DNA from: Gemmatimonadota bacterium
GTDB lineage: Bacteria; Gemmatimonadota; Gemmatimonadetes; Gemmatimonadales; GWC2-71-9
Direction: 5' to 3'
NCBI GenBank assembly: GCA_039588335.1
Contig: JBDGZZ010000002.1
Location: 2,064 to 66,063 of the forward strand
DNA: 64,000 nt
How positions within the stretch are numbered: position 1 is the first letter of the stretch; each line of letters starts with the position of its first letter. This document shows positions 47,291 to 58,200 of the stretch, in pieces. A model generated the notes under the pieces. It ran no database searches, was not told the origin of the DNA, and worked only from the letters and a program-made list of their open reading frames with translations. The position numbers were made by a program, and so were the translations under genes.

Positions 47291-47979
47291 GCACTGAACT
47301 CGCGGTTGTGGGCCTCGATCGCATGGCCTACGGCACTGCGCTTCAGCTGCAGCGCGATCTTGCCCACAAACGGATTGTGGGAGAGATCGAACGTGACATG
47401 CTGCTGCTGGTGGAACATCCTCCGGTTGTCACGCTGGGCCGCACCTTCCAGGATCAACATCTCCCCACCTCACGCGAAGTCCTGGAAGCTCGCGGCATCG
47501 AACTGTTCGACATTGAGCGGGGTGGCGACGTCACTTTCCACGGCCCCGGCCAACTGGTGGGATACCCGATATTCGACCTCAAAGAGCACCGCGAGGACCT
47601 GCACTGGTTCTTGCGACAGATAGAGGAAAGCCTCATCCGCTCGCTTGCAGGCTTCGGCATCGGTGGGGAGCGAAAGGAGGGATATACCGGGGTCTGGACA
47701 GCCGATCGCAAGATCGCGAGTATCGGCATTCACGTTAAGCAATGGGTCACGTGGCACGGATTCGCTCTCAATGTCACGACCGATCTGTCCTACTTCGACA
47801 TCATCGTCCCCTGCGGCATATCCGATGTCGTAATGACCAGCATTCACCAAGAGTTGGCCGAACGTTCGCCGCGAGAACTGTGGGGGATGACGCTCAATCA
47901 AGTGGTGCTGGGGTTTGCCGAGGTATTTGAGATGGAACCGCAAATGACGGAATTGGGCACATTGGCAAAGGCTGACTAG
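47287..47979 (+). CDS. lipB: lipoyl(octanoyl) transferase
   Basis: RGGDVTFHGPGQLVGYPI and DRKIASIGIHV (catalytic Lys). Confidence 0.9.
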   Translation: MSTELAVVGLDRMAYGTALQLQRDLAHKRIVGEIERDMLLLVEHPPVVTLGRTFQDQHLPTSREVLEARGIELFDIERGGDVTFHGPGQLVGYPIFDLKEHREDLHWFLRQIEESLIRSLAGFGIGGERKEGYTGVWTADRKIASIGIHVKQWVTWHGFALNVTTDLSYFDIIVPCGISDVVMTSIHQELAERSPRELWGMTLNQVVLGFAEVFEMEPQMTELGTLAKAD

Positions 47980-48035
47980 TGGGGGAGAGAGGGGAGGAGA
48001 TCACCATTCTCCTTCCCCTGCTTTCCCTACTTGCT

Positions 48036-49397
48036 CTACTTCTTCGCCAACTCTAGAAACCTCCCAAACACCTTCACTCCTTTGTAGAACTGCTCAACAC
48101 CGATCTTCTCGTTGGGGGCGTGAAGGCCGTCGTCGGGAAGGCCGACGCCGCTCAGAATGACTGGTGCACCACTCTTGCCCAACGCCGGCACGATCGGAAT
48201 GGATCCGCCGGAGCGGATTGGCACAATGCCCCGCCCCTCAACCTCACGAAAGGCCTGATCCACGAGTTGGATGTATGGACCGGTCACATCCACCAGGACT
48301 GGGTCGGCACCGTGGATGAAGTCGATCGACACTTCCGCATGCTTTGGCGCCACTGCCTTGACCGCCCGGGTCAGCTGTCGCTGCACGGCCTTCTCGCGTT
48401 GATTGGGCACCAGCCGCAGGCTGACCTTTGCACTGGCCACGGCTGGTATGACCGTCTTGGCTCCCTCGCCCGTGAAACCTCCGCATATGCCATGGATATC
48501 CAGGGTGGGCAATGCCCAGAGCCGTTCGAACACGGAGTAGCGAGTGAGTCCGGTCAACGCACGCGAGCCAACCTCGTCGCGCATGAAGTTGCGTGGCTTA
48601 AACGGAAGCTTGGCCCAAGCGTCTCGTTCCTGCTTGGACGGGCGGTCAACCGCCTCATACAGCCCCGGGATCCTTATCCGCCCGTTAGGCGTCTTGAGTT
48701 GCGCAAGCATGTGTACGAGCGTCTCATGTGCGTTGGGGGCGGCGCCACCGTAAAGGCCAGAATGCAGATCACTGTTGAGCGTTTGCACAGTGATTTCCGC
48801 GTAGCATAACCCGCGTAGGCCCGCTTCGATCGCAGGCCACCCGGGGGCGAAATAAGGCGTATCAGCGACCAACACCGCGTCCACATCCACGAGATCCGGC
48901 TCCCGCTCCAGGAGATCGAACAGAATTCTGCTGCCCGATTCCTCCTGCCCTTCTATCATGAATCGAACGTTGACCGGCGGAGACCCGCTCGCGCTGACTC
49001 CCTCGAACGCCTTGATGATCGAGAAGACCTGTCCTTTGTTATCCGTCGCACCACGCGCGTACAGATTCCTGTCGCGCACTGTGGGCTCAAATGGGGGTGA
49101 CTCCCAGAGATCCAGCGGGTCTGGAGGCTGCACGTCGTAGTGCCCGTACACCAACAGAGTCGGTTGGCCCGGCCGCTTCGGTCCATCCGCAACGATCACC
49201 GGATGGGTGTCGCTCGCCTTCATCTCCACCTTTGGACAGCCGAGTGCTTTCAGGTGATCAGCCAGCCACCCCCCGGCACGCCGACAGTCCTGGTTGTGCG
49301 CCGGGTCAGTGGACACGCTGGGGATTCTGAGGAGATCCTTCAGTTCATCTAGCATGCGCGATTCATTGTCGCGCACGAAAGTGTCTATATCAAGCAT
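48036..49397 (-). CDS. M20 family dipeptidase
   Basis: LLVYGHYDVQP, RGATDNKGQ and IEGQEESGS metal-binding blocks. 453 aa. Confidence 0.85.
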   Translation of the reverse strand: MLDIDTFVRDNESRMLDELKDLLRIPSVSTDPAHNQDCRRAGGWLADHLKALGCPKVEMKASDTHPVIVADGPKRPGQPTLLVYGHYDVQPPDPLDLWESPPFEPTVRDRNLYARGATDNKGQVFSIIKAFEGVSASGSPPVNVRFMIEGQEESGSRILFDLLEREPDLVDVDAVLVADTPYFAPGWPAIEAGLRGLCYAEITVQTLNSDLHSGLYGGAAPNAHETLVHMLAQLKTPNGRIRIPGLYEAVDRPSKQERDAWAKLPFKPRNFMRDEVGSRALTGLTRYSVFERLWALPTLDIHGICGGFTGEGAKTVIPAVASAKVSLRLVPNQREKAVQRQLTRAVKAVAPKHAEVSIDFIHGADPVLVDVTGPYIQLVDQAFREVEGRGIVPIRSGGSIPIVPALGKSGAPVILSGVGLPDDGLHAPNEKIGVEQFYKGVKVFGRFLELAKK

Positions 49398-49524
49398 GGA
49401 AGTTCGTTTGGAAAGGGTGTGAGAGAATGTGGAGAGTGCTCATGGACGGAAGATAAACACCGACTTGCCATGACGGTACAGATGTGGCCATTCTATCTGG
49501 TCCTCGAATGGAGACGGCCACCAC

Positions 49525-50817
49525 ATGACGTCCACAGTACTCAAACGAACCACGATGACCACACGGGCCATCGTTCGCAGCCAGTTCGATTTTGCATCAG
49601 ACCTGATAGGTCTCGAAGACTTCATGCGACAGATTCTGGTGCGTCCCTTCCGATCGGTCAGCGTGGAAGTGCCTGTCCGAATGGACGACGGATCGTTTCA
49701 GGTATTCGAAGGCTTTCGAGTCCAACACAACGGCGCCCGCGGGCCCTGCAAGGGAGGAGTCCGTTACCACCCTGAGGCCGACGAGTTGGAGGTGCTCGGC
49801 CTGGCAACGACCATGACCTGGAAAACAGCCCTGCTCGACGTTCCGTTCGGGGGAGCAAAGGGAGGCGTTCAGGTGGACCCCCGCAAGCTCTCGCCCCGTG
49901 AACTGGAGGCGGTGACGCGAGTGTTCACCAGCCGTATTTCGATTGTGCTGGGCCCGTACCGTGACGTACCCGCTCCGGATATGGGCACAAATGCGCAGGT
50001 TATGGCGTGGATGTTCGACGAGTACTCCAAGCGGGGAGGGTACTCACCGGCCTGTGTGACGGGAAAACCCCTATCTCTGGGTGGATCCTTGGGCCGTGAA
50101 GAGGCCACCGGCCGCGGTGTCATGTATGTCATGCAGGATTACGCCCGTGACTTCGGGGTCCTGCTGGAAGGTGGCTCAGTGGTAATACAGGGGTTTGGCA
50201 ACGTGGGCGCACACCTGGCCCGCTTGCTTCACGAACAGGGAGCCAAGATCACGGCGGTATCGGACGTCGACGGCGGGCTGCACAACGACCAGGGACTGGA
50301 CGTGCCTGGCCTTTTCCAGCACGCCTATGTCGAGCGCAGACCAGTGTCGGAGTTCAAGGGAAACGCGGACTCCATCACCAATGAAGAAATCTGGAGCGTA
50401 CCTTGCGACTGGCTGGTGCCAGCCGCACTTGGCGGTGTGATCACGCGAGAGAAGAATGCAGCTACCATCGACTGCCGCGTTGTAGTAGAAGCGGCCAACA
50501 GTCCTGTTACTCCGATCTCCGACAAGATCCTGGAAGACCGCGGGATAACAGTCCTGCCCGATTTTCTAGTCAATGCCGGCGGTGTTGTAGTTAGCTACTA
50601 CGAATGGGTACAGAATCTCCAGCAACACCCATGGTCATTGGAGCAAGTCAACACAGAATTGAAACGAAAGATGCACACGGCATACCGCAGTGTCTCAAAG
50701 ATCGTGGAGGACAAAGGTGTCCCCTGGCGCACGGCGGCGTATACCATCAGCCTCGACCGCGTATCTGAGGCCGAGCGCATTCGGGGTCACTTCGACGCCA
50801 ACTCCACCAAGACCTGA
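49525..50817 (+). CDS. gdh: Glu/Leu/Phe/Val dehydrogenase (glutamate dehydrogenase)
   Basis: Active-site block KGGVRYH...PFGGAKGGV and the NAD(P) fold GFGNVG. Confidence 0.9.
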   Translation: MTSTVLKRTTMTTRAIVRSQFDFASDLIGLEDFMRQILVRPFRSVSVEVPVRMDDGSFQVFEGFRVQHNGARGPCKGGVRYHPEADELEVLGLATTMTWKTALLDVPFGGAKGGVQVDPRKLSPRELEAVTRVFTSRISIVLGPYRDVPAPDMGTNAQVMAWMFDEYSKRGGYSPACVTGKPLSLGGSLGREEATGRGVMYVMQDYARDFGVLLEGGSVVIQGFGNVGAHLARLLHEQGAKITAVSDVDGGLHNDQGLDVPGLFQHAYVERRPVSEFKGNADSITNEEIWSVPCDWLVPAALGGVITREKNAATIDCRVVVEAANSPVTPISDKILEDRGITVLPDFLVNAGGVVVSYYEWVQNLQQHPWSLEQVNTELKRKMHTAYRSVSKIVEDKGVPWRTAAYTISLDRVSEAERIRGHFDANSTKT

Positions 50818-51881
50818 TAAGGGTCCACTCCCGGATTCTTTGTCACCGCGGCGGTGATGGCGGCTACGCTGACCGCGATGTCGCCTCCATGGCGTACGAA
50901 GATCTCGTCGAACACTGTCAGCCGGGTCCGGTAGATGCGTGCTGCAATAATGCTCGCATTGTTTAGCGGTCGCCGCGCCAAGTATTCTGCATTGTAGCTT
51001 TCGAGGTGCGGACCGACACTCTCCACTAGACTCGTTCGAGCGGCCGCAAAGATCTCCCCCCGCTGGCTCAGAACATCGCCTTCAGGAAGTCCGCTTGCGT
51101 ATAGAGACTCCAGATCCGTAGCAAGAGTTTCGTAGAACAACGCGAGTTGAAGCTCGTCGTTCCACATTGACCGAGCGCGATGCTCGTTAGTTGAGTCCCC
51201 GCGGCTGAGAAAGAACGCGGCCGCAGCACGATACCCAACGAAAGAGGCCCAGCTCTCGTTGAAGTGTGATGCGCTAGGCACGTAGAGAGTGTTGTGGGCA
51301 ATTTCATGTAACACAGTAGCCACTAGATTAACTGAGTCGCGGTACAGTGCGGTCGAGAGCAGAGGATCATTGAACCAACCAAGGGTAGAAAAGGCCCCGG
51401 CCGGTCTCACGTAAGTGTCGAGGTCCTCAGCTTCTAGACGAGCAGCCGCCTCTCGTGCCGCCGTAGCCTTGAAGAACCCCTTGTAGGGCACCGCTCCGAC
51501 AATCGGGTAACGCCACAGGTAAGGAGCCAATTCGTTCCGGGGACTCGCAGAGATCACCAATAGAAGCGTATCGCGGCCGACGTCTGAGAATGATGTGTAC
51601 GTTTCACCTGCTTCCAACCCCAGTGACTCAGCAGCAAACGCTCGCGCCTCCAACACGATCCGGAACAGGTCGCGGCGTTGCGGAGAAGTCTCGGGATGGG
51701 CAATGAGCGATTCGAGCGAGCGACGCTTGGTGAGAATGCGAGCCTCCTCGTAGCCCGCTCGCAGGAGATATCGGATCTCGGAACTGACCAGTGGGGCTGC
51801 TATCACAATTGCCAGGATTACCGCTGCAGACGCCGCCAGTACACGTCGCACCCGGCGGCGGGAGCGGGTTGTGCGCGTCAC
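50787..51881 (-). CDS. putative zinc aminopeptidase (DUF2265/COG4324-like)
   Basis: HExxH in VLHEIAHNTLYV, followed by FNESWASFVG. N-terminal TM/signal anchor. Its 3' end overlaps the convergent gdh by 31 nt. Confidence 0.65.
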   Translation of the reverse strand: MTRTTRSRRRVRRVLAASAAVILAIVIAAPLVSSEIRYLLRAGYEEARILTKRRSLESLIAHPETSPQRRDLFRIVLEARAFAAESLGLEAGETYTSFSDVGRDTLLLVISASPRNELAPYLWRYPIVGAVPYKGFFKATAAREAAARLEAEDLDTYVRPAGAFSTLGWFNDPLLSTALYRDSVNLVATVLHEIAHNTLYVPSASHFNESWASFVGYRAAAAFFLSRGDSTNEHRARSMWNDELQLALFYETLATDLESLYASGLPEGDVLSQRGEIFAAARTSLVESVGPHLESYNAEYLARRPLNNASIIAARIYRTRLTVFDEIFVRHGGDIAVSVAAITAAVTKNPGVDPYQVLVELASK

Positions 51882-52825
51882 AATGTCAGGCGTACGCCAA
51901 AGCGGTGGGCGCGCCGGCCCCAGGGATCACTCGGTTGATACGCATAGTCGAGCGACAATTTCGCTATGGCCATGCTGCCACCAACAGTGAACTCCGACAA
52001 ATCCGAACCTTCGGGCTGTGAGCCATAAGCTCCTCTGCCAATTACACCGACGCCACTCACTACGATACCGGCTTCTATCCCAGCAATGAAGCGGGAACTG
52101 AAACCTTCCGGCCATTGCCATTCGAGCGTCGACAACAGCCTGAACGACTCTTGTGGATCCACGTAATTCATCGTGAATCCGAACCGTGTAAGGCGCGGCA
52201 TGGCGAGGTTCGACTGGCCTTTCCAATTACCGCCTATGTTCTGAATGCTGAATCCGAAGGCCATGAGGTCGAAGATCGCTATCGCTATCCCACCGTCACC
52301 ACTGACGGCCCTTTGCTGAGCCGTGTCGGCGTCGATCCGTACGTACTTTACCGTGCCTCCGAAAGCGATCATTCCGAATCTGTAGACGAGCGACCCCATC
52401 CCCATGCGCTCCCTCGCGTCCGCATTGGCGGGGGATCCCAACGCGGGAAAATTCCCCGGGTCGGTACCATGATTGAGGTACGCGCCACCGAAGCCCAAAT
52501 GAAACTGACGGATTCGCCACGCGAGGGCTCCGTTGAATGACCCGCCCTGCGATGGAAGACTGCGGTACGCTCCCTCCAAACCGATGTGTCTCAGGGTGGC
52601 CAGGCCGGCGGGGTTGGAGAACACGGCGGCCGCGTCTCCCACCAACGCGGCGCCGGCTCCATTCAATCCGGCGGTTCTAACCGAAACCGGGATGGAGAGA
52701 ACCGAGGGTACTGCACCTTCAGCTTGCGCTCTGCACTCGGCCGCACCGACCCAAACCAGCCACGCACCAAGGATCAAACCTCGTACGCCGCTCGGGCGGA
52801 TCGTAAGGCGCGCCGTTAGATCCAT
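51878..52825 (-). CDS. outer-membrane beta-barrel protein (PorV/PorQ- or FadL-like N-terminal motif)
   Basis: Signal peptide, then VRTAGLNGAGAALVGDAAAVFSNPAGLA and alternating beta-strand pattern, with an aromatic-rich C-terminus. Family assignment is tentative. Confidence 0.4.
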   Translation of the reverse strand: MDLTARLTIRPSGVRGLILGAWLVWVGAAECRAQAEGAVPSVLSIPVSVRTAGLNGAGAALVGDAAAVFSNPAGLATLRHIGLEGAYRSLPSQGGSFNGALAWRIRQFHLGFGGAYLNHGTDPGNFPALGSPANADARERMGMGSLVYRFGMIAFGGTVKYVRIDADTAQQRAVSGDGGIAIAIFDLMAFGFSIQNIGGNWKGQSNLAMPRLTRFGFTMNYVDPQESFRLLSTLEWQWPEGFSSRFIAGIEAGIVVSGVGVIGRGAYGSQPEGSDLSEFTVGGSMAIAKLSLDYAYQPSDPWGRRAHRFGVRLTL

Positions 52826-52826
52826 G

Positions 52827-55016
52827 CTATCTGATACGTATCACGTTTAGTCTCGGCATTGCCGGCCCCGACAGCGGGTCACCTACGTCATCGACCAACT
52901 CCACTGTGAAGCCGCGCTGGCCTGCCACTTGAATCACCCGATAGTAAGCTCCCGAGCCTGATCCCAACAGCCCGGTTACGTCGAAGCTGCCACCACTGAA
53001 CACGATGGGATCCACTGGAAACGGGCGGTCAAACTGGGACGGGTCCTGCTCATGAAGGTCGGCGTACGTTGTTCGGAAATCCCAAGTCGAGTATCGCAGT
53101 CGGTCCGGCACCGACATGAGATTCGGGTGATCAGACACGTAATTGGCAAGGAACCAGTCAGCCAACAATCCATCTAAGGACTCTCCCGTCGCCGCTGCGA
53201 GATTCTCCGCTCCCACCAGTGACGTCTCGGACAATCGCCTCAGCACTCCCTCTCCCAGCTGATCGGATACCCAGCGCAAAAGCAACCAACTCGCACCCCG
53301 TTCCTCCAGGGTGCCCGTTCCGCTCGTGTAAAGCGGGTAATGCGCTTCGGTGTCGGAGAGATAAAGAAAAGCATTGAGCAAATCGCCCAGCGCAAACGCA
53401 GTGAATCGCTCACTTTCTCCCAAGGCTTCGAAGTGGAGCGCTGCCAGCTCCTCCGCCATGTGCGACATCGCCTCGTTGAGCCAGGTCTGCTCCGAGTTTC
53501 CTGCTCGTATAATCACGTGCTGGTGGAAATTGATCATGTGCTGCAGCTCGTGAGCGAACGTAACCGGCACCACACGCTTGACTCGATCAACCGAGTGATC
53601 GCACGTAACGGTCCCCTGCGGGTCCGGCACGATCGAGTAGAATATCTCGGCTTGGTTGGATCGGCTGTCCTTCTGAAACTGCGGATCGATGTCGAGCGGG
53701 AAGAAGAAGCCCGTAATGAAGCTGTCCGAGCAGTCCGATTCCTCGGTCAGGCCGTTCACCACTGGCGTCATCAGTATCAGCACTCGCCCGTTCCGGTCAA
53801 TGTCAGACTCCGACCCGAATGCGCGAGTCGCTACATCGTACAGATCCAAGTCAAATAGTGCTCCCAACTGATCAAAATCGTGCTGTGATAGGCCGTCGGC
53901 CGGAGTGTCGACATCTTCGTAGATCACTGCACGAGTGCCGGCATACCTGACTTCCCCGGTTACGTTCGCGAAATCCTCGATCGTGCGGCACTTGATCTTG
54001 TCACACACTCTGAAGCTCCGTCGATCACCGACAGCGATGTCCGCCTGAATCCCCGCCAGGGGTGGGCCGACATCTTCCAACGGCTCTCTGGGGCGCGCAG
54101 CCAAATCAGCCTCCTGCTGGCGTAGGAAGTCTTCGAACCGCTGTCTCAAGGGACGATCCAACGGCCTGGACTCCAGTCGAGGGATGGGTGCAGCCCCCGA
54201 GTCACCCCTCAGGCGATACGCCAGAGTGAGGCCGATCTGACTCGTCACCGACTGTGGCGCCAGCAGGTACTCGGTTGAATCGGCCGTAGCGTCCTCGAAC
54301 GTGGCGCACCCGTCCATGAGCTCCGGATCGAGCGACACCCACTCCCCTGGCTGCAACCGCAGCGGCTCTGTTGAAGCTGTGAACGTTCCGGAGATGGTGT
54401 CAGACTGGGCTATACCCACCCCCACCGTTACGTCTATCGCGCCGGGTAGGAGGCAGCGCGGTACTATCACCTGCATCCCCTGCCCCGTCGGAGACACCGC
54501 GTACAAGGGCGCCACCTTACCGCCAATTCTCACGACAGTGGAGTCGAACAGGCCGAATCCACCCAGCGTTAGCGTATCGCCGCCGGTGAAGGTGGTGGGG
54601 TTCAGTGAGTTCACCTGAGGGGGCCTCACAGCCGTTGCGGTGAATGTGATGACGCCCTTGAGGCTGCGGGCAAGCGCTGCTTCCACGATGTATTCCCCCG
54701 CCTCCGGACCGAGGGTCAGAAATACCTGCGCGATCCCCTTTCCGTCCGTGACCGTTGCCGAATCAGACAGGACGGCTCCAGCCCCAGCGGTCACCGCCCA
54801 GACCACCTTCTCGCGCGGTACGCTGCTGCCATCTGCCGCGGTCACCCGAACGGACAGTGGCGTCGCGAGCCGGTTGCCTGCAGTTGCACGCTGCCCATCA
54901 CCTTCAGGCAGTTTTTCGAACCGGGCCGGTACCGGCAGGTCAGGTTCGTCGTCGCCACACCCACCTAAGACGAACACCGCCGCCACGAGGGCGGCGCTCA
55001 CTTTGCGAAAAGTCAA
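52827..55016 (-). CDS. lipoprotein with Ig-like/IPT domains and a HExxH metalloprotease-like domain
   Basis: Lipobox VFVLGGC. Two Ig-like modules in the first ~200 aa. FAHELQHMINF is a zincin motif, with a downstream EAMSHMAEE. Confidence 0.5.
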   Translation of the reverse strand: MTFRKVSAALVAAVFVLGGCGDDEPDLPVPARFEKLPEGDGQRATAGNRLATPLSVRVTAADGSSVPREKVVWAVTAGAGAVLSDSATVTDGKGIAQVFLTLGPEAGEYIVEAALARSLKGVITFTATAVRPPQVNSLNPTTFTGGDTLTLGGFGLFDSTVVRIGGKVAPLYAVSPTGQGMQVIVPRCLLPGAIDVTVGVGIAQSDTISGTFTASTEPLRLQPGEWVSLDPELMDGCATFEDATADSTEYLLAPQSVTSQIGLTLAYRLRGDSGAAPIPRLESRPLDRPLRQRFEDFLRQQEADLAARPREPLEDVGPPLAGIQADIAVGDRRSFRVCDKIKCRTIEDFANVTGEVRYAGTRAVIYEDVDTPADGLSQHDFDQLGALFDLDLYDVATRAFGSESDIDRNGRVLILMTPVVNGLTEESDCSDSFITGFFFPLDIDPQFQKDSRSNQAEIFYSIVPDPQGTVTCDHSVDRVKRVVPVTFAHELQHMINFHQHVIIRAGNSEQTWLNEAMSHMAEELAALHFEALGESERFTAFALGDLLNAFLYLSDTEAHYPLYTSGTGTLEERGASWLLLRWVSDQLGEGVLRRLSETSLVGAENLAAATGESLDGLLADWFLANYVSDHPNLMSVPDRLRYSTWDFRTTYADLHEQDPSQFDRPFPVDPIVFSGGSFDVTGLLGSGSGAYYRVIQVAGQRGFTVELVDDVGDPLSGPAMPRLNVIRIR

Positions 55017-55123
55017 TGTCGACTCCTATTACGGAAACAAATGCCTGTCATGGGGTCGCGCCACACTTCTTGCCCTGCCCGTAACCCTCTAGAGTATCAG
55101 AACATACGGGGTTTTCACACATT

Positions 55124-55152
55124 TTGACAATGCTCCACGCCGAAGGTAGCTT
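55124..55152 (+). promoter_or_regulatory. putative sigma70-type promoter upstream of dnaE
   Basis: TTGACA-N17-TAGCTT, about 125 nt upstream of the dnaE ATG. Confidence 0.4.
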
Positions 55153-55279
55153 ACCTCAGTGACCGGGCAAGCCGCTAGGGACGGCTGGCACGGAAAAGTG
55201 AGGGCGGAAACGACCCGCCCGGAGAGCCAACTACAGTCGGCCCAGCGGCCCTCACCCGGACGCTGGGCTGTTCGCGAGA

Positions 55280-58200
55280 ATGAGCTTCGTACACCTACAC
55301 ACTCACTCAGAGTACTCGCTCCTCGACGGAGCCAACCGAATCCCCGATCTGATCGAGCGGATCAAGGGTCTCGGCATGGACAGCCTCGCGATCACCGACC
55401 ACGGGAACCTCCATGCCGCATGGTCTTTCTACGAAAAGGCTCGAGCCGCGGATATCAGACCCATTCTGGGATTCGAGGCGTACGTCGCTTTCGGATCGAG
55501 GCACATACGCGAGAAGCCGGTGGAGGCTCCGGCGCAGTACTCCCACCTGGTTCTGCTGGCCCGAGATCGTACAGGGTATAAGAACCTGATCAAGCTGTCA
55601 TCGATCGGGTATCTGGAGGGTTACTATCGTCGCCCCCGCATAGACAGGGAGGTCCTGGAACAGCACAACGAGGGAATCATCGGGCTGGCCGCGTGCCTGT
55701 CAGGTGAGATCGCCCTCTGGTTGCGCCGCAACAACTACGAGGAGGCCAGGCGGTCCGCCCAATGGCTGGCATCGACCCTAGGCCCGGGAAGATTCTGGCT
55801 CGAGGTGCAAGACCACGGGATTCCGGACGAGCATATAGTGCGAGACGGAATGTTCCGGCTCGCGGACGACCTGGGTTTGCCTCTGGTGGCAACCAACGAC
55901 GCGCATTATCTCGAGCGGGAGGACCACGAGGCGCACGACTGCCTGTTGGCGATCGGCACGGGTAAGGATCTGGATGATCCCAACCGATTTCGGTTCTACG
56001 GGCAGGAAAGCTACATCAAGTCAGAACAGGAGATGGCACAGCTATTCCCTGACCGACCTGATGTGCTGGAGAATACGCAGCGAGTGGCAGATACATGCGA
56101 GTTCGATTTTGAAAAGCGCTATTTCGTACCCGAGTTTCCTCGCAAAGATGAGTCGAAATCGGAGAACGACCTTCTCGTCTCCCTAGCAATAGAGGGAGCG
56201 GCACAGCGTTTCGGCAGTCCGCTCACGGATAAGGTGCAGGAACGGCTCGACTACGAGTTAGACGTGATAACGCGCCTGGGGTATGCAGGCTATTTCCTCA
56301 TCGTACAGGACTTCATCAAGGCTGCCGAGGAGCGCGGCATTCCCGTCGGGCCGGGTAGGGGCTCGGCTGCAGGTTCACTCGTGGCCTTCGCACTCGGCAT
56401 CACCAACGTCGACCCACTGCGCTTCGATCTGCTGTTCGAGCGGTTCTTGAATCCAGAGCGCGTTTCCATGCCTGACATAGACGTGGACTTCTGCTTCGAG
56501 CGCAGGGGTGAAGTGATCGAGTACGTGCGTGAACGCTACGGGCGGCGCAGCGTGGGTCAGATCATCACTTTCGGAACCCTCAAAGCGCGCGCCGCCGTGC
56601 GCGACATCGCGCGGGTGTTGCGGGTCAGTCCGTCCGAGACGGACAAGCTAGCGAAGCTCATTCCGACCGGGCCAGCTTACTCCCTTTCGGTTGCCGAGGC
56701 GGCGGCAAAGGTCCCTGAGCTGGCACAGCTCAAGAGAGAGAACGAAACCATAGGACGCCTGGTGGATCTGGCGCAACGGGTGGAAGGGCTGTCACGACAC
56801 GCCTCGGTGCATGCAGCAGGAGTGGTTATCGCTCCCGGGCCTCTGGAAGACTACGTACCGGTGTGCACTCCCCCCCAACGCGGCAACACGGCTGGAGGAA
56901 ACGGAGAGGAATCCGTCATCACACAATTCGACATGATCGCGCTCGAGAAGATCGGCATGTTGAAGATGGATTTCCTGGGCCTTAAGACGCTCACCGTGAT
57001 TCACGACGCCACTGAGATGATCCGCGAGCGACACGGTGTAGAGATCGATTTCGACTCGATCGACCTGGACGATCCCGAGGTCTACAAACTCCTGAGAAGC
57101 GGCCGTGTCGCCGGGGTGTTCCAGTTCGAGTCACCGCTTGGAACTGACATGCTGCACCAACTCAGGGCCGACCGATTCAACGACCTCGTGGCCACTAATG
57201 CACTGGTTCGGCCCGGACCGTTGGACTCCGGAATGCATCAGGTCTACATCCGCCGTAAGCGTGGCTTGGAGGAAGTACGATACGCTCTCCCCGACCTGCA
57301 GGAAGTGCTCGAGCCCACCTACGGAGTAATCCTGTATCAGGAGCAGGTGATGAGGATTGCGAACGTGCTGGCGGGCTTTTCGCTGGCCGAAGCGGATGTG
57401 CTGCGAAAGGCGGTGGGCAAGAAGGACGCCGAGTTGATCGGAACTGAACTAAAGCGGTTTGTGGACCGCTGCGTGGAGCGCGGACACGACCCCAGAATCG
57501 TCGAGGACATTGCGGCTCAGATCCAGACGTTCGGCCGTTACGGCTTCAATAAATCACATTCCGTTGCCTATAGCATCATCTCCTTTCAGACGGCCTGGCT
57601 GAAGGCACACTACCCGTCGGAATTCATGGCAGCGTTGCTCTCCTCTGAAATCGGTGATACCGACAAGGTAGTGACCTACATCAACGAGGCGCGCGAGCTC
57701 GGGATCGAAGTGCTACCGCCGTCCGTCAATGAATCGGGCTTGAAGTTCACGGTGACCGGGAAGCAGCAGATGCGATTCGGATTGGGCGCCATTCGACACG
57801 TGGGGCGTTCCGCTATCGAGTCGATCATCGCTGCTCGTGAGCGAGAGGGCGCATACGAGACTCTGACCGATTTTTGTGAGCGGGTCGACCTGAGGTTGTG
57901 CAACAAACGTGTAATCGAGTCGCTAATTGCAGCGGGAGCGCTCGATCAGATGGGCGGACATCGTGCACAGTTGACTAGCGCACTAGACTTTTCGTTGTCG
58001 GAAGCACAACTGAGACAGGCCGAACGCGATGCCGGCCAAGTCAGCCTGTTCGGTGAAGCTTCTGACACGCAACCGGCGAGCACGAGTGACACGCTCCCCG
58101 ACGTTGCGACCTGGCCCGAGGCGGAACGTCTCGCCAAGGAAAAGGAGGTCATCGGTTTCTTCATATCCGGCCACCCCCTCGAGCGGTTCCGAGAAGAAGT

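Noticed and set aside
47991-48018. GGGGAGGAGA…TCTCCTTCCCC hairpin between convergent lipB and the M20 peptidase gene as a terminator
   Set aside because: The stem is imperfect and there is no U tract on either strand. It may still act as a weak or Rho-assisted stop, but the evidence is too thin to annotate.
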